Assembly: GCA_951406725.2 (NCBI GenBank)
Contig: OX597816.1
Coordinates: 22,444,001 to 22,508,000 of the forward strand
Direction of reading: 5' to 3'
Length of the DNA stretch: 64,000 nt
Origin: Octopus vulgaris
Taxonomy: Eukaryota
Below, piece after piece: positions 12,978-27,149 of this stretch (the stretch's first letter is position 1; each line of letters starts with the position of its first letter). Made by a program: the position numbers and the translations under genes. The notes beneath the pieces were generated by a model, which made no database searches, was not told where the DNA came from, and saw only the letters and a program-made list of their open reading frames with translations.

Positions 12978-12980
12978 GAA

Positions 12981-13032
<52 letters not shown>

Positions 13033-13188
13033 ATTTTATGTGTAGAGATATTGCTCATTTTCTTTCTGATTTTTTTTTTTGTATTGTTTAACTTGCATAT
13101 TGTTTGTTTTCTTTTCCTATGGTGGAGCTGCAGTTGGTGCTCCCCCTAGGAAGTGATGCAGTGGTGATGCAGAGAGATTGAATTTTAC

Positions 13189-13249
<61 letters not shown>

Positions 13250-13302
13250 GTTGTTATTGTTATCATTATTATTATTATTATTATTAATATTATTATTATT
13301 AA

Positions 13303-13351
<49 letters not shown>

Positions 13352-13460
13352 ATTATTATTATTACACTAGGGATGTTAACGAAGATTGTGATGATGGTGA
13401 TGATGATGATGATGATGATGATGATGGTAGTGGGGGTGATGATAATGATGATGATGATGA
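12978..13460 (+). repeat. Dispersed repeat whose inverted partner lies at about 24260-24639
   Basis: Unique core CCTATGGTGGAGCTGCAGTTGGTGCTCCCC..GAAGTGATG..GAATTTTACT(ATT)n..GGGATGTTAACGAAGATTG(GAT)n is found reverse-complemented at 24260-24639. Confidence 0.85.
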
Positions 13461-13962
13461 TGATGATGATGGTGGTGGTAGTGATGGTGGTGATAATGAT
13501 GATGGTGATGATGGTGGTGGTGATGATGGTGGTGATGATGATGTTGGTGATGGTGATGGTGATGGTGATGGCGATCATCATCATCATGATCATCATTGTT
13601 TTCGTTAAAATGGTGGTGGTTATATTTGCAGGGCTGGCTGGTACTATTGGTACTGGTGGTGTTGGTGAAGTGGTGTGTAGTTGGTAGGAAATTAGATGAA
13701 GACGAGAACGAGAAGCATGGTGATGACGAGAAGGAGCGGGGTTTCAGTGTAGGAGTATGATGATGATGGCAATGATTATTTCGATGGTTATGATGGTGAT
13801 GATGGTGATGATGATGATGCTGGTGATGATGATGCTGATGATGATGATGAGGAGGAGGAGGATGACGATGAGGATGAAGATGATGAGGATGAGGATGAAG
13901 ATGATGAGGATGATGAAGATGATGAAGATGATGATGATGATAATGATGATGATGATGATGAA

Positions 13963-13998
<36 letters not shown>

Positions 13999-14007
13999 GA
14001 TGATGAA

Positions 14008-14064
<57 letters not shown>

Positions 14065-14190
14065 GATGATGATGATGATGATGATGATAATAATGATAGT
14101 GATGAAGATGATGATGATGATGATGATGATGGGGATGATGATGATGATGATGATGATTAGATTGATGAGGATGATGGCAGTAATGGTGTT
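13190..14190. repeat. Compound (ATT)n / (GAT,GGT)n trinucleotide microsatellite
   Basis: Seen directly; it generates the poly-I/poly-M pseudo-ORFs. Confidence 0.95.
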
Positions 14191-14499
14191 ACCATAAGTG
14201 TCATAGATTTAATTCTAATGTTTGAAAGCAAAGAAACCGTAACCAACACGTGGGAAGAGCATATCTAATTCGAAAATTAAATCAATTTTATCATCAGGTT
14301 TACATATAGGACACATCATTGGCTGCTAAGCATATTTGTACTTGCTTGCATATATTTGTAAAAACGTGTGTGTGTGTGTGTGTGTGCATCGTAGTAATGG
14401 CGTATGTATTGCTTGTATGCATACAGATACGTATGGAGTGTGTAATGCCCATTTGCATTGTGCGATATCCTGAAACATATGTCCATGACAGAGGATTCG

Positions 14500-14643
14500 C
14501 TCATAACCGACGATGGGATTGCACCTAGGAAGTCATCCTCCCAGGCACAAGTCCGGGCAATGTTGTTTATGAAAGACCAGCAGACGCCCATGCATACCGG
14601 CCTCCTAGCTTCACGCCACCACCGTTATCCAAAGGAAAGGCAG
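14500..14643 (-). mobile_element. Fragment of the SINE type found at 56612-56952
   Basis: GCACCTAG..CACAAGTC.GGGCAA..GTTGTTT.ATG.AAGACCAGCAG.CGCCCATGCATACCGGCCTCC is shared with 56640-56770. Confidence 0.75.
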
Positions 14644-14649
14644 ATATAT

Positions 14650-14706
<57 letters not shown>

Positions 14707-14861
14707 GACACACAAACACAAACACACACACATATATATAAGTATATGTATATATATATATATATTTAATAATGTCGAAATGTAATCTGAAATAGAAATT
14801 TCCATCCCTAATAGTGGTTTGGAAGTTAACTGTCCTCTCTAGCGTGCTTTAAATGTACTGT

Positions 14862-14934
<73 letters not shown>

Positions 14935-15039
14935 TGCGGCAGGGGGTATATAAATTCATAGATATAAGTATGTATGTGACAATGATGTCACGAAAGGCAA
15001 AGGCTATCGATAAAAGACTTGCAAACCAAACTCAGCTGA

Positions 15040-15600
15040 AAGATTCATGATGTTCTTAGCAGCAATGTAGTTTTCACCCAGTTTTTAAAGCCAATAGCTC
15101 ATGTCTTCTGATAACATAATACGACATATTAAAGTAGGTCAGTTGTTGATGTTGTTCTATAAAAGATTTAATAGTGGTCACGAAGACTCAAGTTGTTGAT
15201 GTCTGTCTGTCCGTTATTAATTTTGAGATCCTGAAACTGAATGCAAGAAAGCTATAATACACAAGGTCATAGAGATTCACACCCTTTGTAATGATTACAG
15301 TGTAGCGTGACATAGAATATCAGATTATGTACTCAAATTAGAAACAATTACATTAAATTGACTTCAACAATGCTATTTTAATATATACTTGAATAGGGAT
15401 AAAGGTATACCTTGGCGTGGGTGATAGCAAGTTTGTAGTGCAATGATAGTAAGTGATAGGACATGTGGCCTTGTAGTTTGGAAGCGATTGGGGTAACCTT
15501 CGAGCATAACGTAAGTATATACATGTTGTAGGATCTGGTGGGAAGGAAAATAATAGATTTGGAGGATATTTGCCAAACGTATGTAGTTTCGATTTGGATA
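15040..15600 (-). pseudogene. Probable heavily decayed Penelope-like RT thumb / GIY-YIG endonuclease remnant
   Basis: Minus-strand fragments in the expected order: CYHPRQGIPLSLFK (cf. S.HP...K.IP.SQF.R), CES..CVL*LSCIQ...GQT....LRDHY (cf. C.S..VIY.I.C..C..YIGQT.R.L..R..EH) and SYWL*KL (cf. E.YWI..L). Multiple stops and frameshifts. Confidence 0.4.
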
Positions 15601-15983
15601 TATATCAAGTAACTAAGAGAGGCAATTTCTTCGTAGTAACATTGCTCACAGGGCTATCGTTTTTCAAAAGAGGAACATGTTGGAAAGAAGCGGGTTTTGT
15701 AAAGTAGAGAAAACGAGTTGATAATCAGTTGTTGCTGAGGAAGGGGCAAGCGAGATTAAGGGATGTGCAGTTCACGAATTTATTTTTTGCCGTTCCGGTA
15801 GGTTGTTTTCGTGTTCTTTTTTTCTTTTTTGTGTGGATGAGTTTCTCCAGGTGTTGTAAGGTGTTGTAGACTTGCGACATAAATAAACTAGCTAATTTGC
15901 TTATTGCAAATATTTGACCGATGTTCACTTTGTTTACAATACATTGCTAGCTGGAGCGGACTCTGGCCACCTCTCAAGGTGTT

Positions 15984-16030
15984 CGTGACTGAAGATGAGC
16001 CAACCAGCTCGAAACCGAATCGGTCTCCCG
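15984..16030 (+). ncRNA. Minimal type-I hammerhead ribozyme motif with canonical core and GUC triplet
   Basis: CGUGA-CUGAAGA-U-GAGC-caacca-GCUC-GAA-ACCGA-a-UCGGU-C-UCCCG. Predicted cleavage after C16025. Stem I pairs at 4 of 5 positions. Confidence 0.7.
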
Positions 16031-16087
16031 ACCCTGTCATCTGTAGGAGGATGGTGTGAATTCGCTCACCTGGTGGCAATATATATG

Positions 16088-16777
16088 TACAGGGTGTAAA
16101 CTAAAAAATCCAGCGGAATATTTGATTTGCTTTTTCTCAAACGAGAAAACCTTCGACCAAGATCAAAAAGGTAAGAAAAATGAATTGATAGTTGGTTATT
16201 TGTCATTTCCTTCTGAAGTTCCAATTGCTATACATACAAAATTTCCTGCAGCTGTCATGGTTTTAGGGGTTGTCAGCAATGAAGAACATGTGATGCCTCC
16301 TTCTTTCTACATTGAGGTCTTGGAAATAATTAAGCCCTGGATAGACAGTGTATGTAATGGAAGGCCATATGTGTTTCAGTAAGACTCTGCACTGTTACAC
16401 ATGGCTCTAGTAACACAGAAATGGATGGCTGAAAATTTTCATGATCACATAGCTCCTAACATTCAGCCTCCTAATTCCCCAGATCTCAAGCCATTGGACT
16501 GTTACATGTGGAGCGTTGTTGAGAGAGAGGTCATTGAACATGCCCATAACACTGAAAGCTGCCATAGTCAGAGTAATGTCCAAAATGAACCAGAACTACT
16601 TTATTCGACTTTGTCGATGATTTAGATCTCATATAGAAGCAGTTGTTGAAGCTGAAGGTGGCTTTATTTAATAACATTTTAGAAAAGAAGGTTTATTTTT
16701 ATTCTCAGCATTTTTGATAAAGTTATTATAAATCTGTTTTTTTATAATCATAAATTTGTCCTCAAATACCTTACGCA

Positions 16778-16782
<5 letters not shown>
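16088..16782 (+). mobile_element. Defective Tc1/mariner-superfamily DD37D (maT/Bmmar1-like) transposon
   Basis: TA-CAGGGTG left end. Transposase motifs FSNEKTF, TKFPAAVMVLGVVS, YVFQ*DSA..H and PPNSPDLKPLD. Exactly 37 residues between the second and third Asp. In-frame stop at 16380-16382 plus deletions. Confidence 0.85.
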
Positions 16783-16871
<89 letters not shown>

Positions 16872-18779
16872 AGATTATTTTTAAGAATTTTATTGGAAGC
16901 AATGAAATAAAGCAATTTATTCAATTTACTCATTGGTTTCATTTTAAGGCATCAAAACTTTAGTGAAAAATATTTCACAATCAGATAACTCCATAGACTA
17001 CCGGGAGAAAAGAAAATAATAACGCAGGTAAAATTAGAGAAGCACATATAACGGTAGTATAATTAGTAACAGATTTACTAAGAATGTCAATCTATAAAAC
17101 ATCTAATTTTGCGGTATGTGATACATATAGATATTCATTATTATACAAAAATTATTAAATGTTTATTAAGAAGTCATAAAATCGTAATTTACTGTAAATA
17201 AAATAATCCACTGGAATTTATCCTTCACAAGTTCTATAAATATGTCAAATTTTAGCTAAAGTATATCAGTGACTTGATTTAGGTGACATATGCTACAAAA
17301 TTATACTGAAAAAGTTACATTGTTTTAGATTGTCCCTAACATACAAGCAGATATTTACAATGATGAAATACTAGCTGGCTCCATGCCGTCAAAAATGACG
17401 GCTAATTGTAGTATATTATGTATAAATAAGGACAAAAGATAGAATATGGATGGCAAATCAAGTTAATACACTTGTCAATGTTATCTAGTGGTTGTCTTTT
17501 GAGATGTAACATTGATTATCGTTTGTTACTGAAAGAACGCTAGTTCACCCCTACAAATACTTCCCTTGTACACTCACACTCATACACACATATGCTCACA
17601 CAGATTTAAAATAGTATTTGATTTTTCTTTTCAGCGTTGAATGTTCACCATCCACTTCCATTGTACGCACATACACACACTCACATACAAACATTCACAT
17701 ACCTCCCTTTTACATGCCCACACATATACTCACACAGAGTTGAAACGCTGTTTGACTTTTTGTCACCGTACAATTAACATCATCCCACTACCCAGTTTGC
17801 CATCAGCCCTTCGTTCCTTATTCATCTATCACCCCTTCCTTTCTTATTCATATGTTGTGACGTAGAAAAACACAAGAGCATTATTATAGTAGAAGATTAT
17901 GTGTATACTTCACATACAGGAAATAGTACACGCAACTTCAAATTAATCATAACGATACATTATAAAGACACATGACCTGATTCGGAGAATTGTTAATGGA
18001 GAAGATATCAAGATAAATGTAATTATTGTTCAAAATATGTTGGCAGAATATGAAAAACAATTTTAAAATGTCAGTTTTCAGATAACCATTCAGTCAATCA
18101 TATATATATACACATATATACACATATATGTGTGTGTACTTGCGTTTGTTTGTTTGTATGTATGTATGCATGTATGTATGTATGTATTATGTATGTATGC
18201 ATGTATGTATGCATGTATGTATGTAAGCATACGTGTGCATGTGTGAGTGTCGGTGTATATTTAGTATGTATCTAAGTAGATATTAAGTTTCGTTTACAAA
18301 AAAAAATAAGATACTCAGATATCTTTAGCTTGTCAAAATAAAACAAAATGCAATAGAACAGCAATTGAAATCATATTTAGACTTACACTGAATACATTTT
18401 ACATTCGAGATAGCAATATAAATAGTTAAACAATTTAAGTGTGTGTTTTTTAAATATCTAGCTGTCAGCGGTGCAACCGTGTAGCGAAACGCTAGACTTC
18501 AAATGATGTCAACGTAAACAGTATTAGACAAAAGCAGAAAATGAGCATAGAGTTTTTCTCCTTGTTAAATACTCGAGCATGCTTTAACATAGCTTCAGAT
18601 AGATTAAAACAAAAGGAAATTCGATGTCTATTTGTATACCTATATATTTTATACACATAATCTATTTTGTGAACAGTAGTTCCGTTATTTAAAGTTGAAT
18701 TTTTATCATGCCTGTCATTATGTCAGGACATATGCATACACATACAAAGATGCATTCACACGCAGACATGAACATATAT

Positions 18780-18883
<104 letters not shown>

Positions 18884-20225
18884 TATACATACATACATAT
18901 ATTTATATTCATGCATGTTATTTTGTAATTACTGGCATCCGTATATATTAATATATTTTATATATTATATGTAAAGCATAATATGTTAAACATGTATGTA
19001 TATTATTGTAATTGTCAGTTTAGTAAATAAATAAGTTAACATAATATAATGTCTAAAATTTGACGAACCACCTACTGATCCCTACATTTTCTTATTGCTA
19101 TACATATATATATTATACATATGCATGTATACACACGTCAAAACAAATATATATATATATACATATATGTATAAACATACATATTTATATATATATATAT
19201 ATATATATATACATAGACATACATCTATATATACATATATGTGTGTGTGTATGTGCATGTATATATGTATGCATGTAAGCTTATGTATGTGTGTGTGTGT
19301 CTGTGCGTGTGTCTGTGTGTATAAGACTTGCGCATATACATATATTTAAGCTTATGCAGCTTATAAATGTTTGGGTTTGATGTCTGGTATCACTGTGTAT
19401 CATATAAGGAACATTGTTTCCTATTTCTAACAGGCCTCCTTGATCTAGGGCTTGCATGAAGGCACCAGGTGTGTTATAAAATGTTATCTGAATCATTGTC
19501 ATTGTACGAAGTTTGGCAGCTCACAAAAATATGCACTTTGTTTATTATTATTATCATTGTACATCTGTGTCTGTGCGTGTGTGTGTGTGTGCGTTTATAA
19601 AATAAATGTATAGGGTTATATACTATTTTAATCATATATCTGCAAATTATTTTATATTTTATTCTATTTATCTGTATCATATTATATTCTCTTTTTCTGT
19701 TTTGAATGGTTGTAAGAGGTGTACATGCCTGCATTTGGAAATAGACATACGCATCTATTTTTGTATTCTTTATTTTACTTTTATTTAGGTTTGTCTATAG
19801 AAAAAATTAGTATGCATATGAGAACATATAAACGGATATATATATATAAAACTTTCATTATACTTTATCCTACTGATTCTCTCCTATTTTTATGTTTGTT
19901 GCAAAGTATATGGGAAGGATTAATGTGGGCATGCATGAATGAAAACATGTGTGTGCGTGTGTGTGAGTGTGTGTGTATATGTATGTGTGTGTGTGTGTGC
20001 TTTTGTATATCCACACATAAGTGTATAGATACGTATCTGACTCCATAAAAAACTGTATACACTACATTGCATGTGAGTTAGAATTTCAACCAAACATATA
20101 TAGATTTAAACAGTAAAAGCAGTGTGGATATTATTAGGAAGCATAGATGGAATATACGTGTATAAGTGTATGTGTATGTATATCATATGTGTGTCTGTAT
20201 GTGTGTATATATATATATATATATA

Positions 20226-20304
<79 letters not shown>

Positions 20305-21381
20305 TGTGAGTGTATAAGCATATTTATATGTCTATGTATCTATATATATATATAAATAACAAGATACCTGCTAATGTTTCTTTTTTGCTCTGTCCTATTT
20401 TTGTTATAGTTTCAAAACATATACAGACTAGCGGTTAGTGAATTAAATTTAAATGGAGGCGTGTTCGTGTCTAGACTGGGGACAGTTGATTTGTTCTTTG
20501 AGGCCTTGAGAGAAAAAAAAACAGAAGGAAGTTGATAACTACTGAAATGGTCAGTTGTATCCACCATATAACTTTGCGATCACTAAATGCTGTATTTTAT
20601 TCTTCATTTTATTTGTAGGATCACTATCTCTCTTTCGCGGAATTGTTAACTGTCTTTGCGTGATTTGGTTAATGTAGCCAACTGCTTTGCCTCGCGCATA
20701 GATACACATTACCACCTGTCACTAAGACGCAGAAAAGTTTTTCATGATTTCCAGTCAGGCCTTGAGAGAAATAAGACTTATTGAATCTGTACAGTTTGTT
20801 CAATTTAATACGAGATTATGAGACTACGCGAGCATCCATCATGTTCCATATTTTTATATCATGAAGTAACTACAACTGTTATATTTTTAATATGCTGCAT
20901 ACACCTCATTTGAACTTGTGACATTATGAAAAGAAGCCTAAACATTCCTTCTATTCACCTAGGATACTTATCTCTGAATGCTGTTCTGTTAAGCCTTCTG
21001 AACGTTGTTTATTGTTCACATTTACATGGATTTATAATTATTGCATTACAAGGTATTCTATTAGCGCTATTATAAATCCTCTGATGTTATTTTAGTGTCT
21101 ATCAACTAAATATTCTTCAGTCTGTTTAGAACAGCATCCCTTATAATCTGAACATTAACGTAAAATGATAATAAATAGTAAACCGGACACGTTCCTTTTC
21201 TTTTTTTATTGTATATTTATGCATTTTGTATTTTGATAATGCTTGTATTTTATCTGTCACTATATCGATGGCTTTAGTTTTGTCTATAAACTCCTGGAAA
21301 AGAAACATCACTTTGGTTAAACATTATCATATTGAATGAAATAACGTGATTTTCTAACGGCGGGCTTGCTTAGGCAGTCAC

Positions 21382-21459
21382 CTGAGGAGGTGCATTTTTC
21401 ACCTTGGATGTATGACAAGGATTAGGCAATATCGCATAACATGTCGAAACAATTGTAGG
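21382..21459 (+). ncRNA. Degenerate hammerhead-like motif
   Basis: CUGAGGA-G...(about 55 nt)...C-GAAA-CAAUUG-UA-GG with the palindrome ACAAUUGU. Stem I is poor. Confidence 0.35.
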
Positions 21460-21598
21460 AATTTTGAATAAAAATGCTGTTAATCACATTTTCTATCATG
21501 TATCTACTTCTATAAACTTTACTGATACTATGGAATTCCAGATGTATACCTAGTAACAAGAGCATTTCTGCTGTATAATGAAGCACACACACGCACAC

Positions 21599-21670
<72 letters not shown>

Positions 21671-21932
21671 ATATAATATATTATAAATAATAAATACATA
21701 TACATATATACACACATATATGCACATCCCTACATATATATGTATATATACATGCATATATGGGTACAGGACATCGAAACAAAATGCGAAACGAGAACAT
21801 AAAAAACAAAAGCATGGTAAACGAACTTTTTTCGAACAACGAAATAGAGAAAAGAGGCAGGCAGTGTAAAGAACATTCCCATCATCAGTTGTCCCCTGTT
21901 TCATCTACTCCACATTCGAAGGTTGGGACAAC

Positions 21933-21984
<52 letters not shown>

Positions 21985-21987
<3 letters not shown>

Positions 21988-22094
21988 ATCCTTTTATTTG
22001 TTTCAATCATTTCACTGCGGCCATTTTGGAGCACCGCCTTTAGTCGAACAAATCTACTATTTTTTGTAAGCCTAGTACTAATTCTGTCGGTCTC
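21985..22094 (-). mobile_element. SINE family A 3' fragment
   Basis: TGTTTCAATCATTTCACTGCGGCCAT..GGAGCACCGCCTTTAGTCG matches the family A tail. Confidence 0.7.
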
Positions 22095-23087
22095 TAATGG
22101 TGTCATAACCCCGAAATATAGAATACAAGGTAAGTCTACATAAATTCACATATTTGTTTTCTTGTGATTTACCTTGCATTTACTTCGCATTGTTTTGGCC
22201 TTACCCACGATCTTTTATATATATACAACTAAAATTACGGAGAAAAGCAATCAAATGTGTGGACGTAGTGCAAGCAATGTATTAATAAGATGCGCAAAGA
22301 AGGAAGAGTGCAATTGTTTTTCGTTTCAAGCATACGTCTTCTTCGGAAACAGGAATAATAGGGAAGTCAGAAGGGAAAGATGGGCGAGGGCGAGGTGGGG
22401 TGGATTCGCGAAGGGTCCACGTGTGGTTACATTTCTGAAGTGACCGGAAGGAGTGAAGGGAAAGTGCTTTCTGAGACAGGAGGGTGTGGAGATGGTCGGT
22501 ATATGTGTGTGTGTGATAGCGTGTGTGTGTATATGTGTGGTAGCATTTGTACGTTGCAATATGTGTCTGTGTGTATGTGTGTGTGTGTGTGTGTTTGTGT
22601 GTGCATACACGCAGTGTAAGAAAGAGTGCAACTCACATACATAAATATGGACGTATATACAAAAAGCGTTTATAGGTATTCAGAAATTATTCCACCGTTT
22701 ATGTTTATGTCTTATATATCTAATTTTCAAATATTTGCGTCTCGTTGCAATAATTTAAAATAACTAGAAACCATAATTAATAATAGCTTTTTCCCGACAA
22801 ATTGGCGTCTACTATTAATTTACATACGTTCCGTACTGTCTCTGTATCTCCTTTGTACTGTCTTCCTCTTCACATATTTTTTCCTCTTCATATATCTATA
22901 GCTTACTCGCATACGCATTCGTTTTCTTCTTTCTTATTGCCAATTTTCTTATGGCCGATTTGGTACCTCTTCGGTTATTTAATTCCATCTATCTCGTTCT
23001 ACACATACGCTCACACGCACACATCCCCTTAGAAAAACGCACAAATATACATATACATGTGTGTGTGTATACACACACACACACACG

Positions 23088-23124
<37 letters not shown>

Positions 23125-23278
23125 GTGTATATATATATATACATATTTACATATAGACATGTATACATGTATATATATTTATATACAGTTATCTGTAAAT
23201 ATACATACATATATGTGTGTGTGCCGGTATATATGTATATGTCTGTCTATATGTATCTATACATAGAGACATATATAC

Positions 23279-23397
<119 letters not shown>

Positions 23398-24259
23398 TGC
23401 ATATATATATATAGAGAGAAATATATACATATATATATAATTTACATACAGTTATCTGAAAATAGGAGTGTATATACATACATATATATGTGTGTGTATG
23501 TGTGTAGGTATATATCTATATGTCTGTCTATATGTATCTATACATAGCTCTCTCTATAACTATTAATATGTCTTTATACCATCCTCTGTTTTCCTTCCTT
23601 ATACACACAAACACACACACACATATGCGTGTGTGTGTGTGAGTTGTGAGTGTGTGTGTTTTGTGACACATACATAAATGTGACATATGTGGCATATATT
23701 CGTACGTATATATATACATGGTGTATGTGGTCTTTTATATACGTATGTTCACATCAACTGATGTTTGATTGATTGGGTGTACATCTTAGTTGTATTTACT
23801 AATATCGATGGACAGTTTTATAATGAATGTCTACCACTCCTTTGTTAATAAGCTATGTACTAAATGAACTTGTAAGAGTCTGACTAGAAAACAAATAATT
23901 GCATTTTTTTTCTTCGTATTTTATAGCAAATGTAGGTGTTTGTTTTAATTATCTTCCCGATTGCGGTCTTTTGTTTCTTTACGTTCTTCTCCACCATGAC
24001 CGACATCGCTATCAATATCATCATCGTCGTCATCGTCGTCAACGTCGTCGTTTGTCGTCGTCGTCTCGTCGTCATCGTCTTCCTTCTTGACCCCCTTCTC
24101 AACCTCCTTCTCGTCATCATCGTTATCATTTCTAGCTTCCGCATCATCTCTATTCTCATGATCATCACTGACAACTTGGTCTATCGTCGACATCTTCATC
24201 ATTGCCACCATCATTTTCCTTTTCACTACCTCCTCCCTTTGCACGTCCTCCCCCATCAT

Positions 24260-24276
24260 CATCATGTTCATCATCA

Positions 24277-24327
<51 letters not shown>

Positions 24328-24412
24328 CCATCACCATCATCATCGTCGTCGTCATCATCATCGCAATCTTCGTTAACATCCCCAGTATAATATTGATAAT
24401 AATAATAATAAC

Positions 24413-24470
<58 letters not shown>

Positions 24471-24639
24471 GTAAAATTCAATCTCTTTGCATCACCACTA
24501 CATCACTTCCTAGGGGAGCACCAACTGCAGCTCCACCATAGGAGAAGAAAACAAACAATATGCAAGAGAAACAATTAAAAAAAGAGAAAGAAAATGAGCA
24601 AAATCTCTACACATAAAATAAGGTATATATACAATTTCA
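24260..24639 (-). repeat. Inverted partner of 12978-13460
   Basis: Reverse-complement identity of the unique core and flanking microsatellites. Confidence 0.85.
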
Positions 24640-24875
24640 TCATCATCATCACTGGGATTTCAGTAGAACTACTATTAGTGGATGCTTCGTTTTGTGTAGA
24701 CGTGTAGACTTCTCTCGTTCTACAAAGACAAGTAAATCACTGTTTATATCTAGCAATGGAATGAAGGTATAAACGTTTATAACAACTGTGTGTGTGTGTG
24801 TGTGTGTGTAAATGTGTACTTCCCAACTGTATGGACCCAGATTCAGTCCCACTGCGTTGCACTTTAGGCAAGTGT

Positions 24876-24941
<66 letters not shown>

Positions 24942-24951
24942 TATACATATC

Positions 24952-25362
24952 GCGCAGGAGTGGCTGAGTAGTAAGTAGCTTCCTAACCAACCACATGGTT
25001 CCAGGTTCAGTCCCACTGCGAGGCATCTTGGGCAAGTGTCTTCTGCTATAGCCCCGGGCCGACCAATGCCTTGTGCGTTGATTTGGTAGACGGAAACTGA
25101 AAGAAGCCTGTCGTATATATGTATATATATATATATACATATATATGTATGTGTGCGTGTGTTTGTATGTCTGTGTTTGTCCCCCTAGCATTGCTTGAAA
25201 ACCGATGCTGGTGAGATTACGTCCCCATCACTTAGCGGTTCGGCAAAAGAGACCGATAGAATAAGTACTGGGATTACAAAGAATAAGCCCCGGGGTCGAT
25301 TTGCTCGACTAAAGGCGGTGCTCCAGCATGGCCGCACTCAAATGACTGAAACAAGTAAAAGA

Positions 25363-25365
<3 letters not shown>
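24952..25365 (+). mobile_element. SINE family A, full length (short head fragment also at 24820-24876)
   Basis: Colinear and highly similar to 10839-11233 and 34088-34502. Confidence 0.9.
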
Positions 25366-25427
<62 letters not shown>

Positions 25428-25826
25428 TACATATATATATACATATATATGGTAAGAAATAACATGAAAGATAGGTTGTTTACCCCATCTATTTTAGGAT
25501 ATAAGCCAGAACCAAACGTAAACCATTATTAAAAATACAGAATTACCGCCCCTTTACTGAAAAATACTTTGGTTACCAAACATCCCCCTCTAGCAAGGAA
25601 AGTCTCAAATTCAGTATTGTATCCAAAACTCAAAATTTGAAAAGCGATAGCGAAACCGGTTAATATTTTGGAAGACAAAAATCTTATTTTGTACAATACT
25701 GTATAATATTTTTACGATTATGATTCTAATATATACTTTGGCCTTTTAAAACAAATGTTTTGTATTTTTTATTGTAATTGTTTCCTTATACAGTCAACCA
25801 TGTGTAGTCACCCACCATACTTTCTA

Positions 25827-25886
<60 letters not shown>

Positions 25887-25899
25887 TTTATACATACAT

Positions 25900-25948
<49 letters not shown>

Positions 25949-25969
25949 CACACAACACACACCCCGCAC

Positions 25970-26019
<50 letters not shown>

Positions 26020-26021
<2 letters not shown>

Positions 26022-26545
26022 CGATGATGATGAAGATGGCCGCCCACTCGTGACCGAGAAAGACCATTGCTGACCTTTAGGAACATTGTGCGCTTTAAGA
26101 TTAACTTATATTTTGCATTTGCGGCTCCGTTGGTGGCTAATGAGCCCTGCTCTTGACAAGCATACACAACTGCAAACATTACAAGCCAAGTTTTCTCCAT
26201 TCGAGCAGCACCCTTAAGTTCCTCATGTAGAATACGTACTCTTTCAAAGGTGTCGACCCTCTCCTTAGCCTGCTTCCTCCATCTGTGGCGATGACAGGCA
26301 TTGCTCTCCCAGTCGGTCTCCTGCATATCACAAGCCTTTAATGAGGACTCAACACAGTCCTTAAATCGCAGACTTGGTTTTTGCCGGGGTTTCTTTCCAC
26401 TAAAATGTTCCCCATATAGCATCTAATTAGGGATCCTGCTGTCCTTTCTAATAAGATGTCCAGTTCAACGTAGCCGATGCTTGTGCACCATCGCCTCAAT
26501 ACTCAAGATATCAGCTTTTCTCAGGACCTGTGTGTCTGGAGTTTT
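26020..26545 (-). mobile_element. 5'-truncated RTE-clade LINE 3' fragment
   Basis: Minus strand: GHLIRKDSRIPN*MLYGE..GKKPRQKPSLRFKDCV..SLKAC..WESNA.HRHRWR, typical of RTE ORF2 C-termini. A frameshifted C..C..GLISHQRS zinc-finger-like end follows, then a (CAT)n tail. Confidence 0.8.
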
Positions 26546-26963
26546 TAAATTTAGGGAATGGAGCAAGTAAAACCCAAGCCACATATGTTTCCTAGCTAGC
26601 AGAACTTCGGAAATAATAATTACTCAATGAGATGTAATCCACTAGCTACTCATCAGGCCGAATATACCTTAGTTACGTAGAAGTTATATCGTCGTCAAGG
26701 GATCCCAAGTTAACTCGCAGGAGATTTGATCATATGCCCTTTTCCCAGATTTTCTGGTCTATATGTTCTTCTCTTGGAAAGGCGCTGGCTCATCGCAAGA
26801 TTATTGACAAGTGAGTAGGCTGCAGCAATGTAAAATTGAAGTGTTTCGATCAAGAATACAAGACTCGGGCCAGTATTTGAAATCACAGTCATACGTTCAT
26901 TAGTTCAACAAACCTCACCACTAAGTTACGTGCCTCCACTATATCTATCTATCTATCTATCTA

Positions 26964-27101
<138 letters not shown>

Positions 27102-27117
27102 CCCTTCAAATATGCAT

Positions 27118-27149
<32 letters not shown>

